A DNA stretch of 64,000 nt from the human T2T-CHM13v2.0 reference genome, Homo sapiens: NCBI RefSeq assembly GCF_009914755.1, contig NC_060940.1; one strand, 5' to 3'. Shown here piece by piece: positions 15,835 through 32,614 of the stretch. The position numbers and the translations under genes are program-made. The notes under the pieces were generated by a model that saw nothing but the letters and a program-made list of their open reading frames with translations, was not told the origin of the DNA and did not search any database. Positions within the stretch are counted from its first letter, which is position 1; every line of letters begins with the position of its first letter.

Positions 15835-16002
15835 ATTGTATAGAGTTGGAGATGCTTTCTTTTAAACTTTTTAACATATCTGAAATTAGAATGCTTTTTG
15901 TATTCACTTAATGTAGTGGGTTTTTTTTAAAGTCTGGAAAAGCTGTTATTATATCCAAGGTGAGTATTACAGGCAATGGTGTCTTAAAATCAAGCAAATA
16001 GG
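15835..16002. mobile_element. TcMar MITE (MER104-like)
   Basis: ttttaacatatctgaaattagaatgc...gtcttaaaatcaagcaaata. Confidence 0.45.
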
Positions 16003-16018
16003 GTTTGGAAATCACAGC

Positions 16019-16330
16019 GGCCAGGCGCGGTGACTCATGCCTGTAATCCCAGCACTTTGGGAGGTTGAGGCAGGCCAATCACTTGAGGTCAGGAGTTTAA
16101 GACCAGCCTGGCCAACACGGTGAAACCCCATCTCTACTAAAAAAAGACAAAAATGAGCCAGGTGTGGTGGCGGGTGCCTGTAGTCCCAGCTACTTGGAAG
16201 GCTGAGGTACAAGAATCCTGGGAGGTGGAGGTTGCAGTGAGCTGAGATTGTGACTCCAGGCTGGGCAACAAAGAGACACTTTGTCTCAAAAAAAACAAAA
16301 ACAAAAACAAAAAAACCAAACAAAAAAAGA
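16019..16330 (+). mobile_element. AluS with two small right-arm deletions
   Basis: TSD aaatcacagc at 16009-16018 and 16331-16340. Confidence 0.95.
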
Positions 16331-16529
16331 AAATCACAGCTCACAGTTGCCTGAATCAGTACTTAGTCCAAAATAGACCACATATCCTCTTCTGTACCTA
16401 TTAAGAGGTGGACCAGTTGACCACTAGATGTCTTCCCGTTGCTGGTGTGGCAAAGGTTATCAGTTCCTCTGCTCATTCTTCAGTATCTACCTTGATGTGC
16501 CTTCATCTTCTTGGCCTTCTATCTGCAGG

Positions 16530-16898
16530 GACTTTCAGGCTAATAGCATGATCTATCTGCATATGGGGAAGGCTGGAAGTGTCAGGACATTGACACCTGT
16601 AGAAGCAGCCCTCAGCCAACCGGGGCTGGGAGTTGGTAGATGACACTGCAGACCGTCACCCTTAGACGGAAAGCTGATGTGTGCTGTGCACTTTCTGTCT
16701 AAAGTTCCCCAGTCATATGGGGCTCCAGTTTGCATGCAGGGTGTTTTGCTTAATATACATCCTCAATGGCCTGTCCCACCTTCCCTGTCTCATTTTCCCA
16801 CTCCTTTTATTGATGTTTCCTGGGATCCCCTCCTTAATAACCCACTTGCACTGAAATCCTTGTTTCAGGGTCTGCTGCTGTGGACCTGGCCTGAGACA
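16530..16898 (+). mobile_element. ERVL LTR16-like LTR
   Basis: agcagccctcagccaa...tttcctgggatcccctccttaataacccacttgcactgaaatccttgtttcagggtctgc...gagaca. Confidence 0.7.
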
Positions 16899-17029
16899 GC
16901 TGGCCATCTATGCTTTTATGGCGGCATCTCTACTGCTGCCGGGACAGACACTGCAAAGCCTTCCTCTAGGGGATCTTGTCAATATCAAAACAGCTAGGTA
17001 GCTTTGGAGCTGTGGAAAGAGAGCAGCCT

Positions 17030-17333
17030 TTATTTATTTATTTTTATTTTTTTGAGGTGGAGTCTCACTTTGTTGCCCAGGCTTGAGTGCAGTGGCGTGA
17101 TTTTGGCTCGCTGCAGCCTCCGCCTCCTGGGTCAAGTGATTCTCTTGCCTCAGCCTCCCAAGTAGCTGAGATTCCAGGCACGCACCACCACGCCCGGCTA
17201 ATTTTTGTATTTTTAGTAAATACAGGGCTTTGCCATGTTGGCCACGCTGGTCTCAAACCCCTGACTTCAGGTGATTCACCTGTCTCGGACTCCCAAAGTG
17301 CTGGGATTACAGGTATGAGCCACTGTGCCTGAC
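17030..17333 (-). mobile_element. AluS
   Basis: reverse-complement dimeric Alu. Confidence 0.95.
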
Positions 17334-17399
17334 CCCACAATTACTTCTGCAGCAACCTGATATCTTGCCTTTTACAGAGAGTTTGCTGAACACTGCCGT

Positions 17400-17565
17400 A
17401 CTACATCAAGTCATTCAATCTCACAACAACCTGATGATTGCCCCCATTATACCAGATGGGAAACCAAGGCACAGAGAGGCAAAGTTGCTTCTCTGAGGTC
17501 ATGCAGCAGGGCTGGGATTAGTAACTCTAGTCAAAATGTGGCCCAGAGGTCATGCTGTAACCATT
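17400..17565 (-). mobile_element. MIR
   Basis: ccccattataccagatggggaaaccaaggcacagagagg antisense core. Confidence 0.75.
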
Positions 17566-17670
17566 CTGGCCCCTTGCCCTTCCAGCCCCACCATCAATGT
17601 CTGCTCCTTATGTTTAATTTTTACATTCTGTGTAGCATGAGGAGGAAAAAAGCTACCTTTAGAACTGGTT

Positions 17671-18571
<901 letters not shown>

Positions 18572-19219
18572 GATGTCAACACATTTTCTGTGGTGTCAGA
18601 AATGTGCATTGGGAGGGAAAATCACTAAGGCCAGAACTTTCAACATTTTCTTTGTGGTGACTACATAATGGGATCTTTGACAGCTGCCTAAAAAGGCCCA
18701 TCCACAAGAAGCTGTTGAGACAGGCTGGAAAATGTGGATAATAACAGCACTGACCTCTTGGGGGTGCTGCAAGGATTAAAGGAGGGAATATATACAAAGT
18801 GCCCAGAACTGTGTTCGACACTTAGTGAGGTCTACATAAGCATTTGCTATTTTGTGTTCTCAAGAGGTGTTACCAAGGAATATTCTTAATTCACTGCAGA
18901 ATTGGATTCATTCGCTAGCTTCTCTCTTGGCTCTAGGTCTGTGCAAGGGCTGGTACCCCTGCGTAGATTGTCCAGCCTGAAAGCCAGCACTGGTGTCTGC
19001 CTAACTCTTCTTGGTTATCCAGTCTCACCTCTGGTGTCAGCATCTGCAGGGAGCCTGTCTGGCTTTTCTATCCTATAGACTCTCTGTGCACCCCCCCCCA
19101 TCCACTCTATGATAGGCCATAATCCCTGCTAATTGTAAGTGCTCCTTAACCTGCCTGTCTTGCCCTCTGGGCTATAGGCTCCTACAGGGCACTGGCTGTG
19201 TCTTATTTAGCTCCATGCA

Positions 19220-19380
19220 GCAGAAGGTGAAATCAGAATGATTCTAAGCATGAGAAGGATTTGATGTGTTGGCCCTGAGATGGAGAGGCTCATAGGCAAG
19301 GACTTGAGAAAGTACCCTAGGAGATACAGACTGCAAGGATATGGGAACCTCAGTCCTACAACCAAAGGAACTGAATTATA
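19220..19380 (+). mobile_element. MaLR MLT1D/E fragment
   Basis: gggaacctcagtcctacaaccaaaggaactgaatt. Confidence 0.6.
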
Positions 19381-19399
19381 AAAAAAAGAAGGGGAAAAC

Positions 19400-19900
19400 T
19401 GTGGGATATAATGAGGTTTCTCTTCAAAGAGTCTGGTCAATCCTTTATTCTTTAATTCTAGTACCCCCCCCCCCCTTTCCCTTTTCTCCTCTTTCTTCGT
19501 TTCTGCCTTTGTTATGTGCCCAGACATGCTACAGTACCAGGTGTTATCAATACCAACTCACATTCCTTTCCTTATTTGAAAAAAAGACTAGCTCTCTAGC
19601 TCATTACAGACACCCCTTCCCCTTTCCCCTCTCTCTTACGTGCCCATCTTATCTAAAGAAAGTTCAAATGTTTAGCCAACCAGAACTAGTTTAGATTGTG
19701 CGGCCCGACTCCAGCCAATGGGGAAAGGGCACACAGGCAGGACTTGCGTCAGGAATAATGGCTCTCGTTCCCCTTTGTTCAGTTGTGCTCTCATGGTGAC
19801 TGGCCAAGGTGAAGCACCCATCTAAACAAAAGTAAAATTACTTTACTGAAAATCCTTTGAGTGTTCAATTTCCTTAGGATTTTGAACATTATTTCCATCA
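19400..19900 (+). mobile_element. ERV1 solo LTR (LTR15-like)
   Basis: tgtgggatataatgaggtttctcttcaaa start, ccaat box at about 19715, agtaaa polyA-like signal, ends ...ca. Confidence 0.6.
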
Positions 19901-19929
19901 CATGCTAGAATACATGCCAACTAGAATGC

Positions 19930-20170
19930 AATGTTCTTGTCAGACTTCCTGGGTTTAAATCTCAGTTCTACCGGTTACTAGCTCTGTAACTCAAGGCAAG
20001 TGCCTTATCCTCAGTAAGCCTCAGCTTCCTCATCTGTAAAATGGGAATAATTTTAGTACCTACCATATGGGGTTGTTGAGGGCTTGAAATGAGTGTGCAT
20101 GTAAAGTACTTATAAGAGTACCTGGCACATAGTAAATGCTCAATAAATGAATGCTAGTTGTGATTGCTGC
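19930..20170 (+). mobile_element. MIR (near full length)
   Basis: ctgggtttaaatctcagttctacc...cctcagcttcctcatctgtaaaatgggaataat...cctggcacatagtaaatgctcaataaatg. Confidence 0.9.
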
Positions 20171-20904
20171 TGTCATTATTCTTTAATTACTATTACTTCT
20201 ACTTGGCATCAAGTATTGTTGAAAATCCCCAAGCTTGGAAAAGTTTGTCTGTTTGGTTTTTTTTACTTGTTTGTATTCCGCCCGCCCCCAAACAGGCAAA
20301 TGCCACACCTAGCATTGTTAAAATAACTTTAAAGAAACAAATCATAGTTAGGTTCTGCAATCTTGTCCCTCGCTGATGCCGAATGAAAGCTTCAGAGAAG
20401 ATAAAAGGATTGCCTCTTTTGAAGCAGGGCTATTACTTCTATCCTTTAAAGTGATGAAATTATAAATGATCAAAGGAGAATGGATGGCAATGGAGGAAGG
20501 TTTCATTCACGTATCATTGTTCTGCAGGCACTGAGGGCCTGGGGAAGGGACAGCCACACTTTCACATGCTGAGATGGAGGAAATTGTGAGTAGGACAAAT
20601 GAACTAATGGGTGGAAATCAGTTTGCATACTGTCTGGCACAAAGCAAACGCCTAGTAAACGTTAGCTATTACACAGCATGCAGAATAGAGCAGTCCCTGC
20701 CTGGGGTAACTGTGTCGAATATCTGTCGTGTGCTAAATGTTAGTCTTCCGAAAAGATATGTCCACCCAGAACCAGTGGATGGGACTTTATTTGGAGAAAG
20801 GGGCTTTACAGATGTAGTTAGATTAGGAATCTCAAGATGAGATCATCCTGGATTATCTGGGTAGGCCCTAAATCCAATGACTAGTGTCCTTATAAAAAGT
20901 TTAG

Positions 20905-22002
<1,098 letters not shown>

Positions 22003-22214
22003 GAGAGAATAAATTTCTGTTGGTTTGTTGTAAGCCACCAGTTTCTGGAAATTTGTGACAGGAGCTACAGAAAACGAATATCACATCCCACTTAGATGTC
22101 ATAATTTTCCTTTCAAATAAACCTGCTTCCTCCTCCACCTGGGTGTTTTTCTCCCAGTGTTGATCACAGGGTAGATATATGTTTAGCTTTACAAGAAACC
22201 AAGAGGCATGTGCA

Positions 22215-22350
22215 TTAATCACCCTCTCTTGACAGATGGTGAAGCTGAGGCATGGAGGGGTTGAGCAGGATGTCTGAGGTCACAAAGCTGGTCAGTGGCA
22301 GTGCCAGGATTTGAACCCAGGTAGACTGGCTTCAAAGTTCATGCTCATAG
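22215..22350 (-). mobile_element. MIR
   Basis: acagatggtgaagctgaggc...ggatttgaacccaggtagactggcttcaaag. Confidence 0.8.
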
Positions 22351-22367
22351 ACACTTCAAGATGCTAC

Positions 22368-22461
22368 GTGGCATGTTTGCATAAAAACATCTCATGTACC
22401 CCATAAATAGATATATCTATGTACCCACAAAAATTTTGAAAAGTAATAAAAAAATTTAAAA
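22368..22461 (+). mobile_element. extremely 5'-truncated L1MA-type 3' end (~95 bp)
   Basis: catctcatgtaccccataaat...tatgtacccacaaaaatt plus A tail; TSD aagatgctac at 22358-22367 and 22462-22471. Confidence 0.85.
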
Positions 22462-22837
22462 AAGATGCTACCTCGTACCCCATGGAGCTCTCCATGGTGG
22501 AAGATTTTACAAAGCTGCACGAACTTCTCATTTTTCTTTGCTCGTGCTTTATCTGTGGAGGATCAAAGGTCTCGTCCTCCCTACACCCAAGCCCAGCCCT
22601 CCACACTGACTCCCATCCCTCGCTGCGGGGGTGGGGGGAAAATGGTCTGTGCTCCATTTTCTGATTTCCTTTTTCCCAGTATAGGGAAGTTCATCTCACG
22701 TGGAAAAGTTGAAAGAAGTCTGACTACAGCCTCACATGTAGGCTGAGTTACCCAGTTCACTCCATCAGCAGCGCACCTCCGTTTGTCTGCATCCTTCATC
22801 TTTTTCTCAATTGGGTCTCTTTCTAGAAAGGAGTCAG

Positions 22838-23208
<371 letters not shown>

Positions 23209-23210
23209 TC

Positions 23211-23537
23211 ATTTATTTATTTTTATTTTATTTTTAAAAATTTATTTATTATAGAGACAGTGTCTTGCTCTGTTGCCCATGCTGGAGTGCATTGGTGCAA
23301 TCATAGCTCACTGCAGTCTTGAACTCCTGGACTCCAGTGATCCTTTTGCCTTGGCCTCCCTAGTAGCTGGGACTGTAGGCATGGTCCAACATGCCTGTCT
23401 GATTTTTAAATATTTTGTAGAGATGGGAATCTTGGTATGTTGTCCAGGCTGGTCTCAAACTGCTGGCCTCAAGTGATCCTCTTGCCTTGGTCTCCCAAAG
23501 TGCTGGGATGACAAGTATAAGCCACTATGCTTGGCCC
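23211..23537 (-). mobile_element. AluJ
   Basis: diverged reverse-complement Alu (atcatagctcactgcag). Confidence 0.9.
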
Positions 23538-23539
23538 AT

Positions 23540-23990
23540 ACAAGATTTTAAAAACCATGTTGTGGAATTTTGACTTTATCCTGAGGGCAATGGGGAGTCA
23601 TTGGGCAGTTTCAAGTGAAATGGTGATGTTTGTTTTTTAAAAAATTCTGGCTGCACTGTGGGAAGAATTTGAGGGCTGGAAGGGGGGAGTTAAGAGTAGG
23701 AGTGTAAGGACATTATAAGACATTGTTCTCTGGATCTAGGTGAAAAATGGTGGTCGCTAACCTAGGGTGGTGGTAGGGAATGGAGAGGTGAAGAAAAAGA
23801 TGAAGTCAAGGAAAATATAGGATGTAGAGTGGACAGGAATTGGCTTGATTGGATGTGAAAGATGATGGGAGATATCAAGGACTACTTCTGAACTCTTGCA
23901 TAGGTTAATGGGAGGATGTTGGTTCTATTTATAAGACAAGGAAACAAGGAGAAGAACTTGGTTTGGGGAGGGAGGGACAGGTGGTAGTTT
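23540..23990 (-). mobile_element. L2
   Basis: gactttatcctgagggcaatggggagtcattg...ctggctgcactgtgg...ctagggtggtggtaggg. Confidence 0.75.
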
Positions 23991-24039
23991 GGCTTGATTC
24001 CTTCACCTAAAACTAGCTGTTTGGGGACTTGGATGAACT

Positions 24040-24220
24040 AGACCAGGGTTCTAGTTTCTAGTCTGGAAAACTTTTTGTGTAAAGGACTAGATAATACCTT
24101 TTTTAGACTCTATAGCAACGACTTGACTGCGGTTGTAGTGTGGAAGAAGCCGCAGAGAGCGTGTGAATGAGTGGACAAGGCTGTGTTCTGATAACACTGT
24201 ATATACAAGAATAAGCAGCA
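24040..24220. mobile_element. hAT-Charlie MER58A-like
   Basis: aaactttttgtgtaaaggactagata...gtgtgaatgagtggacaaggctgtgttc. Confidence 0.65.
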
Positions 24221-24450
24221 GTGGAAACATGTCCATCAACAACAAATAGATAAACAAAATGTGATCGACCCATATGATAGAATATTATTGCACTATAAAA
24301 AAGAATGAAGTACTGACACATACTGTGATGCGATAGACCTCAGACACATCATGCTAAGTGAAAGAGGCCAAATACAGAAAGGGTCACATATTGTATGATT
24401 CCATTTAAAATAGACTGGGGAGGGAGGCAATGGGGAGTGACTGGTTCTAC
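24221..24450 (+). mobile_element. L1M (MB-type) 3' fragment
   Basis: atgtccatcaac...gaatgaagtactgacaca...catgctaagtgaaagaggcca. Confidence 0.75.
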
Positions 24451-24463
24451 TAAAGAAAATTGG

Positions 24464-25875
<1,412 letters not shown>

Positions 25876-26099
25876 TTTATTTCAAAATCTTATGGACTTC
25901 ATTTCTCTTCTTATTTGAATAGTCATCCCAAGATTTTCATCAAACTCATCTTTATTTGGAAAACAAAACACATACAGAAGAACAAAAATCAAGTACTGCC
26001 AACTCTGTCTTTTAAACTTTGAATGTATTGTTTGGAATCCTGCATCCACTTTTATGTTGAAAAGTTCAAGTTAAATCTTATTCTTTTTCTTTATATTTG

Positions 26100-26342
26100 T
26101 TAGGATTTGCTGGGTGAGATGAATTTTTATTGTACATTTTAACATAATACAGCTAAGATTGTCATTTTGATATGCAATCAATATAAAAATATTTATGAGA
26201 TATTTGCATACTGCTTTTACATTAAGTCTTTGAATTCTGTTGTATGTTTTACACTTAGAACACATGGCAATTTGGACTGGCCTCATTTCGAGTGCTTGAA
26301 AACCATGCGTGGCTCATGGCTACGGCAATGGACAGAGCAGGA
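26100..26342. mobile_element. hAT-Charlie MER33-like
   Basis: atcaatataaaaatatttatgagatattt...ttttacacttagaacacatggcaatttggact...atggacagagcag. Confidence 0.7.
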
Positions 26343-26934
26343 CTAATGCTTTAGGGCCTGCCCCAATCTAATCGTGATACATTCTGCCATAAGGCAGTAG
26401 ACTTGATTTTTGGAAACCCTTGTTATTAGAAATCAGTCCTTTCTATAGAGCTGAAATTGCTTCTCTTGAAGCCTCAGCTGGTGCTCTTCAGTCATCCTTT
26501 TGGGCTAAGTAAGTCTGTGTCCTTTCCTTCCTGACAGCCCTTCAGGGGCTTGGAGATGGTGATGGATAAGCTCTCTTCCTGGCCAGTGGTCCAGCTCAGC
26601 AAACATTTACCAAGCCCCCACCACACTGGGCTCACTGCCCTGGGGAAGCTTATATCAAGACAGATAGACCTGCAGAGGCATCTTTTTCCTTTAAAGCTCA
26701 AAGGAACATCCCCACTGTTTAATTTTTTCTGGGGAACATTGTCAGACTGGAGTCTAAGAAACACGTGGCTCAGTGGCCTCTCTGCAGTTCCCAGGGCGAC
26801 CATCTCTGTGGCTCTTGTGAATTTTCCTCCTCCTTGTGTACAAATCTTGGGTCAAAATTTCCTTAAGTGGAGAAGGTTGCTCAAAGGGTAAAGTTATTGT
26901 ATAATGTTAGTTTCAAGGTCAAAAAAGAAGGAGG

Positions 26935-27236
26935 GGCTGGGTGCAGTGGCTCATACCTGTAATCCCAGCACTTTGGGAGGCTGAGACGGGCAGATCGCTT
27001 GAGGTCAGGAGTTGAAGACTAGCCTGGCCAACACGGTGAAACCCAGTCTCTACTAAAAATACAAAAAATTAGCTGAGCATGGTGGTGTATGCCTGCAATC
27101 CTAGCTACTCAGGAGGCTGACGTGAGAGGATCGCTTGAACCCAGGTGTCGGAGGTTGCAGTGAGTCGAGATTACGCCCCTGCTCTCCAGCCTGGTGACAG
27201 AGTGAGACTGTCTCACAAAAAAAAAAAAAAAAAAAA
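26935..27236 (+). mobile_element. AluSx-like
   Basis: full Alu; TSD aaaaaagaaggag on both sides. Confidence 0.95.
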
Positions 27237-27269
27237 GAAGGAGTAAGTCTTTCCAACAACGGTAAATGG

Positions 27270-27490
27270 CAAATGGCAACAGGAACAATAACAGCAATGA
27301 CAAAGCATTCATTGCGCATTCACTTTCTCTTCACATTCTCCCAATGCCTTTGCAATTGGTGTTATTTTCTTCTTTATAAAGATGACAACATTGTGGCCAA
27401 GAGAGGTGATGTAATTTGCTCAAGGTTATACCTAGGCAAGGGAGGGGCAGGGAATTGAATACTCACCTGTCTGAATCCTAAACCTTCATT
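27270..27490 (-). mobile_element. MIR
   Basis: agagaggtgatgtaatttgctcaaggttatac antisense core. Confidence 0.6.
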
Positions 27491-27549
27491 TTCTTTCCAT
27501 TGAAATCCAGGTAAGCCACAATAGAAATTTAATTCTGCAATCCAGGTTG

Positions 27550-27767
27550 CCCTCTTCCCACACCTCCTTTCTTTTCTTCTTCTCTTCTTTTGCTCTTCAC
27601 TCCTCCTTTCTTCCCTCTTTATTCTTTCTCCTCCTTCCCCCATCCCTCCTCCCTCTCCCTCCCTTTTTTCTTTCCTACTTTCTCTTTTTTTTGTTCCTCA
27701 CTCCCCACTCTCTTTCTTCTCTTTACCTTCCCTCCCTCCCTTCCTTTTTCTCCACCTTTCTTTTCTC
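27550..27767. repeat. CT-rich low-complexity tract
   Basis: read directly. Confidence 0.85.
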
Positions 27768-28608
27768 AGGCATTTATTCGTGCAGGGTAGTGAAGATACA
27801 AAATAGGCACAACTTCTGACTGTGAGAAACACAGCAGTCTTCAAGCCATCCTTCTGGGCTGAATAACTCTGTGTGCTTTACTCCCTTGGGAACAGGCTTG
27901 GAAATGGTGACTTGTAAGCCCTCCTCACTGTGAGAATAAATGACCCAGCTCAGCAAACATTTACCAAACCCCGACTGTGCTGGACCAAGACAGACGGAAG
28001 GGCTCAGAGTCACAGGAAAATAGCCACAGCTAACTTTAGAATCTCATTCCTTATTTAACATTATATTTACAGCGATAACTTGGGAGGCAAATAAAGCTGC
28101 AGGAGAAAGCAAGAACTGTGGATCAGCCTCACCGATTTCAGCTCCAGGGCCCCCACTGGCACCCTACCCGAACTTGCGGAATGCCCTTATACCCCAGAGG
28201 AATTTTCTCATCTGTAAAATGAATATAACAAGAAAGGAAAAAAGAAAGATTAAAAAAACAAACAAACAAAACCCTGCACCAAAGTTTATTGTTGGGACCA
28301 AGCAAGGTGATGTTTGTGGGAGTCCTTTGGAAATGAGAAATACCATTGATATTGATGATGGTTGCTCTTAAACTACATGGCATGAAATTGCTGACATTAG
28401 ACCATTTTCAACCTACAAAAATGGCAATTTCAACGTAATTCAACCTCAGTTCTTGGTGAGGGTTTTACCAGAGGACAGCGCATCTGGCATGACACGATAA
28501 CCAAGTTTTCCAACCAAATACTAAATACATGTCATGTAACTTAGGGACTGATCTTTGAACATGTTATTCAAAAGAAAAAAAAGAAGCCCAAAACAGAAAG
28601 ACAGAGTT

Positions 28609-29050
28609 CAGTGTCTCCCAAAATGCAGTGTGTGTGCCTGTTGGTGGGCACAGAAGATTGTTCGTTTGAAGTGAACTCCAAAGCCAACATTAAATAACTG
28701 GAGTGGAAAATGAATCCCCTTTCAGTGTCCTCTAATTTCTCTCATTACTCAAAGCCGAAAGTGTCAGTTTGGCTTCTTCTGTGTTTAATTCTTGCTGATC
28801 TTCTGTTTAAACAAGACAGAGCAGCCCTCAGGCTCAGAGCCTTCATCAGGCCTCAGGATCAAGGTTTTCACTGTATTTATTTTTCAGCTGATTATGGAAA
28901 ACAATGCCAGTTTTTCATCAATAAGGATACAAGGTTTTATTGGAAAACATTTTTATCTAGGCAAGAAAAGCAATTTATGTAAATAAAAAATATAAAATAC
29001 AGATATGGCCAAAATGGTGAAAGTGATATGAACTGCCTGATGTTGGGAGG
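28609..29050. mobile_element. ancient hAT-Charlie element (Charlie4z-like)
   Basis: cagtgtctcccaaa start; gaaagtgtcagtttgg...agagcagccctcaggctcagagcc. Confidence 0.5.
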
Positions 29051-29760
29051 TAGTGGCCTAATTAAAAGTGTGATTTTGTGTGTAAGCTCAAATCACACAG
29101 CTTATAAGTTTACTTTTCTTGCTGTAGAGAAAGTCCTTGCAATGCAGGTGTTTATGAACCAAGGTAAATCACTTTGAACAGCAAACAGCAGTGCAAAATT
29201 AAAATCCCTCAGCAATTAAAGGGCAAAGTTGTCACCTGTTATGAAATATTCACTGGAATTAATAAAGCAGCAAGAAAGGCGTCAGGATATATCAACAGCC
29301 CCGGACCTAAGTGGATTTTCTCTCTTCTTTGTGTAGGCAGTGGCCAGCTAGATGACCTGGACTTGACTTTGAATCAAACTCATTGGGCCCACTTTATAGT
29401 TGGCAACCACATTTAATGAGGGAAACTGGAGAGAAGAACTAGGTGCTTTGAATTCATTCTTAATGGAAGAATCAGAATTAAATCCACCATGCATAAGATG
29501 CTTACTGAAATCTCATCATCACAGGCAGATTTGTGGGGAAGAGCCTTTATATTACTGAGATATCTAAATGTTAAAGTCTTTTTGAAGAGCTGTGCTCCTT
29601 TCAAAAGGTAGGATCCTTCTGCAAGACCACTAGCCTGGACTCTGAAGAAATGTCAATGACATGAAAGTTAGAACAAAGCAGTAGGATTATTCTAGATTAA
29701 AGGAGACCAAAGAGACAAGACAACTAACCCTTGATTGGTTTCTGGATAAAAAGACAAGTA

Positions 29761-30145
<385 letters not shown>

Positions 30146-30273
30146 TTAATTTCTTAGATGTGATAATGGTGTTATTATACAAAGGATTAACCTGCAGAAT
30201 GTATTTGTTCTTAGAACATGTACGCTGATGTATTTAGGGATGAAATGTTATTATGTTATGTTTGTTTCAAGTA

Positions 30274-30306
30274 TTACATTAGTGCAAAAGTAATTGCAGT
30301 TTTTGC
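30274..30306. mobile_element. MADE1 (mariner MITE) half
   Basis: gtgcaaaagtaattgcagtttttgc. Confidence 0.75.
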
Positions 30307-30307
30307 G

Positions 30308-30545
30308 GTCTCAGCTCATTGCAGCTTCAACCTCCTGGGCTCAAGTCCTTGGGACCCTCCCAAGGAGGGTGATCCTCTTGCCCCATCTCCCAAGTATCTG
30401 GGACTACAGGGGTGTGCCACCATGCCCAGCTAACTTTTGTACTTTTTGCTGCCCAGGCTGGTGTTGAACTCCTGAGTTCAAGCAATCCACCAGCCTCAGC
30501 CACCCAAAGTGGTAGGATTACAGGTGTGAACCACCTTGCCCAGCC
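30308..30545 (-). mobile_element. rearranged AluJ
   Basis: lacks tail, has an internal deletion and a ~24-nt insertion at 30346-30370. Confidence 0.85.
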
Positions 30546-30559
30546 GAACTCTTAATAAA

Positions 30560-31040
30560 TGTAAACCCTGAAAATCTGAGACAGGTCTCAGTTAATTTAG
30601 AAAGTTTATTTTGCCAAGGTTGAGGATGCGTGCCCATGACACAGCCTCAGGAGGTCCTGATGACATGTGTCCAAGGTGGTCAGAGCACAGTTGGGTTTTA
30701 TACATTCTAGGGAGACATGAGACATCAATCAGCGTATGGAAGATGAACACTGGTTTAGTCTGGAAGGTGGGACAACTCGAAGCAAAGGTGGGAAGACTCA
30801 TTGCAGGGAGGGGGCTTCCAGGTCATAGTTGGAGAAGAGACAATGGTCACATTATTTTGATTTTGTGATTAGCCTCTCCAAAGGAGGCAATCAGATATGC
30901 ATTTATCTCAGTGAGCAAAGGGGTGACTTGGAATCGAATGGGAGGCAGGTTGGCTCTAAGCAGTTCCCAGCCTGACTTTTTCCCTTTAGCTTAGTGATTT
31001 TGGGGGCCCCAAGGTTTCCAAGATTTATTTTCCTTTCACA
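30560..31040 (-). mobile_element. ERV1 MER4A-type solo LTR
   Basis: gacacagcctcaggaggtcctgatgacatgtgtccaagg; reverse complement begins tgtgaaaggaaaataaatcttgg. Confidence 0.88.
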
Positions 31041-31094
31041 TAAGAACATTAGTTCTCCAGGTTGCACACAATGCTCAGCTTGTCCTCGGCTGTG

Positions 31095-31671
31095 TCCTGT
31101 TCTGGAAGACATGGAACCATCTCAAGTCCAACTGCTGACTGCTCAGAAGTCAAAGCATGAGCAGTGAGGGGTGGTGATAGGAAAGCAACTTTTATTGGTC
31201 AAATGCTAGCAGATGGGAGAATGGCAAAGCTCAAGCTTCAAAGAAACCATCTCAGCCTTTTGGGCTGATTGCAAGGGTTTAAGAAAGGAAAAAGTGTGGG
31301 AACTATGCAGGAGTAGTGAAAAAGAGGGTGCAGGTGTGTGTGTCTCATTCTGATAGTTATCTTGAGTAATCGCCCATCTGGAGTCTAGTTTGCATCATCC
31401 TGACTCTGGCCCAGTGGTGCTGTGCCAACTGTTTATAGCTCCCCTCAAGAGAGAAGATTCTGTAGCTACGTCTCTCTGCTTGGTTTGTTTCAAGACAGGC
31501 CCCTGGAATTCCTAAGCAAGCACATAATTCAATAAGCAAACACTTTGCACAGATGTGCCTGGTGGGAAAGGGAAGGAAATAGAGTCTTACAGTACAAGGC
31601 CACATTGTGAGATTAGGAAGGAAAGGAAAAAAGTTTTAAAATGCATTTCAGGGCTGGGATACTCGGTTATA
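31095..31671 (-). mobile_element. ERV1 LTR (MER66/LTR29-like)
   Basis: reverse complement begins tataaccgagtatcccagccctgaaatgcattttaaaac. Confidence 0.55.
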
Positions 31672-31824
31672 GGCCGAGGGGCACAATGGTTATATGCACA
31701 GCTTCTGTGGGTAGATAGCCTCAATTTAAGTTGAGAAATAGAAAAACAGCGCCTCCTGGTACTATCAGCTAAGGCTTCGTATTGGTAGGAGCTGGCCTGG
31801 TAGTACTCACAGATAGACTTTGGT

Positions 31825-32612
<788 letters not shown>

Positions 32613-32614
32613 AC

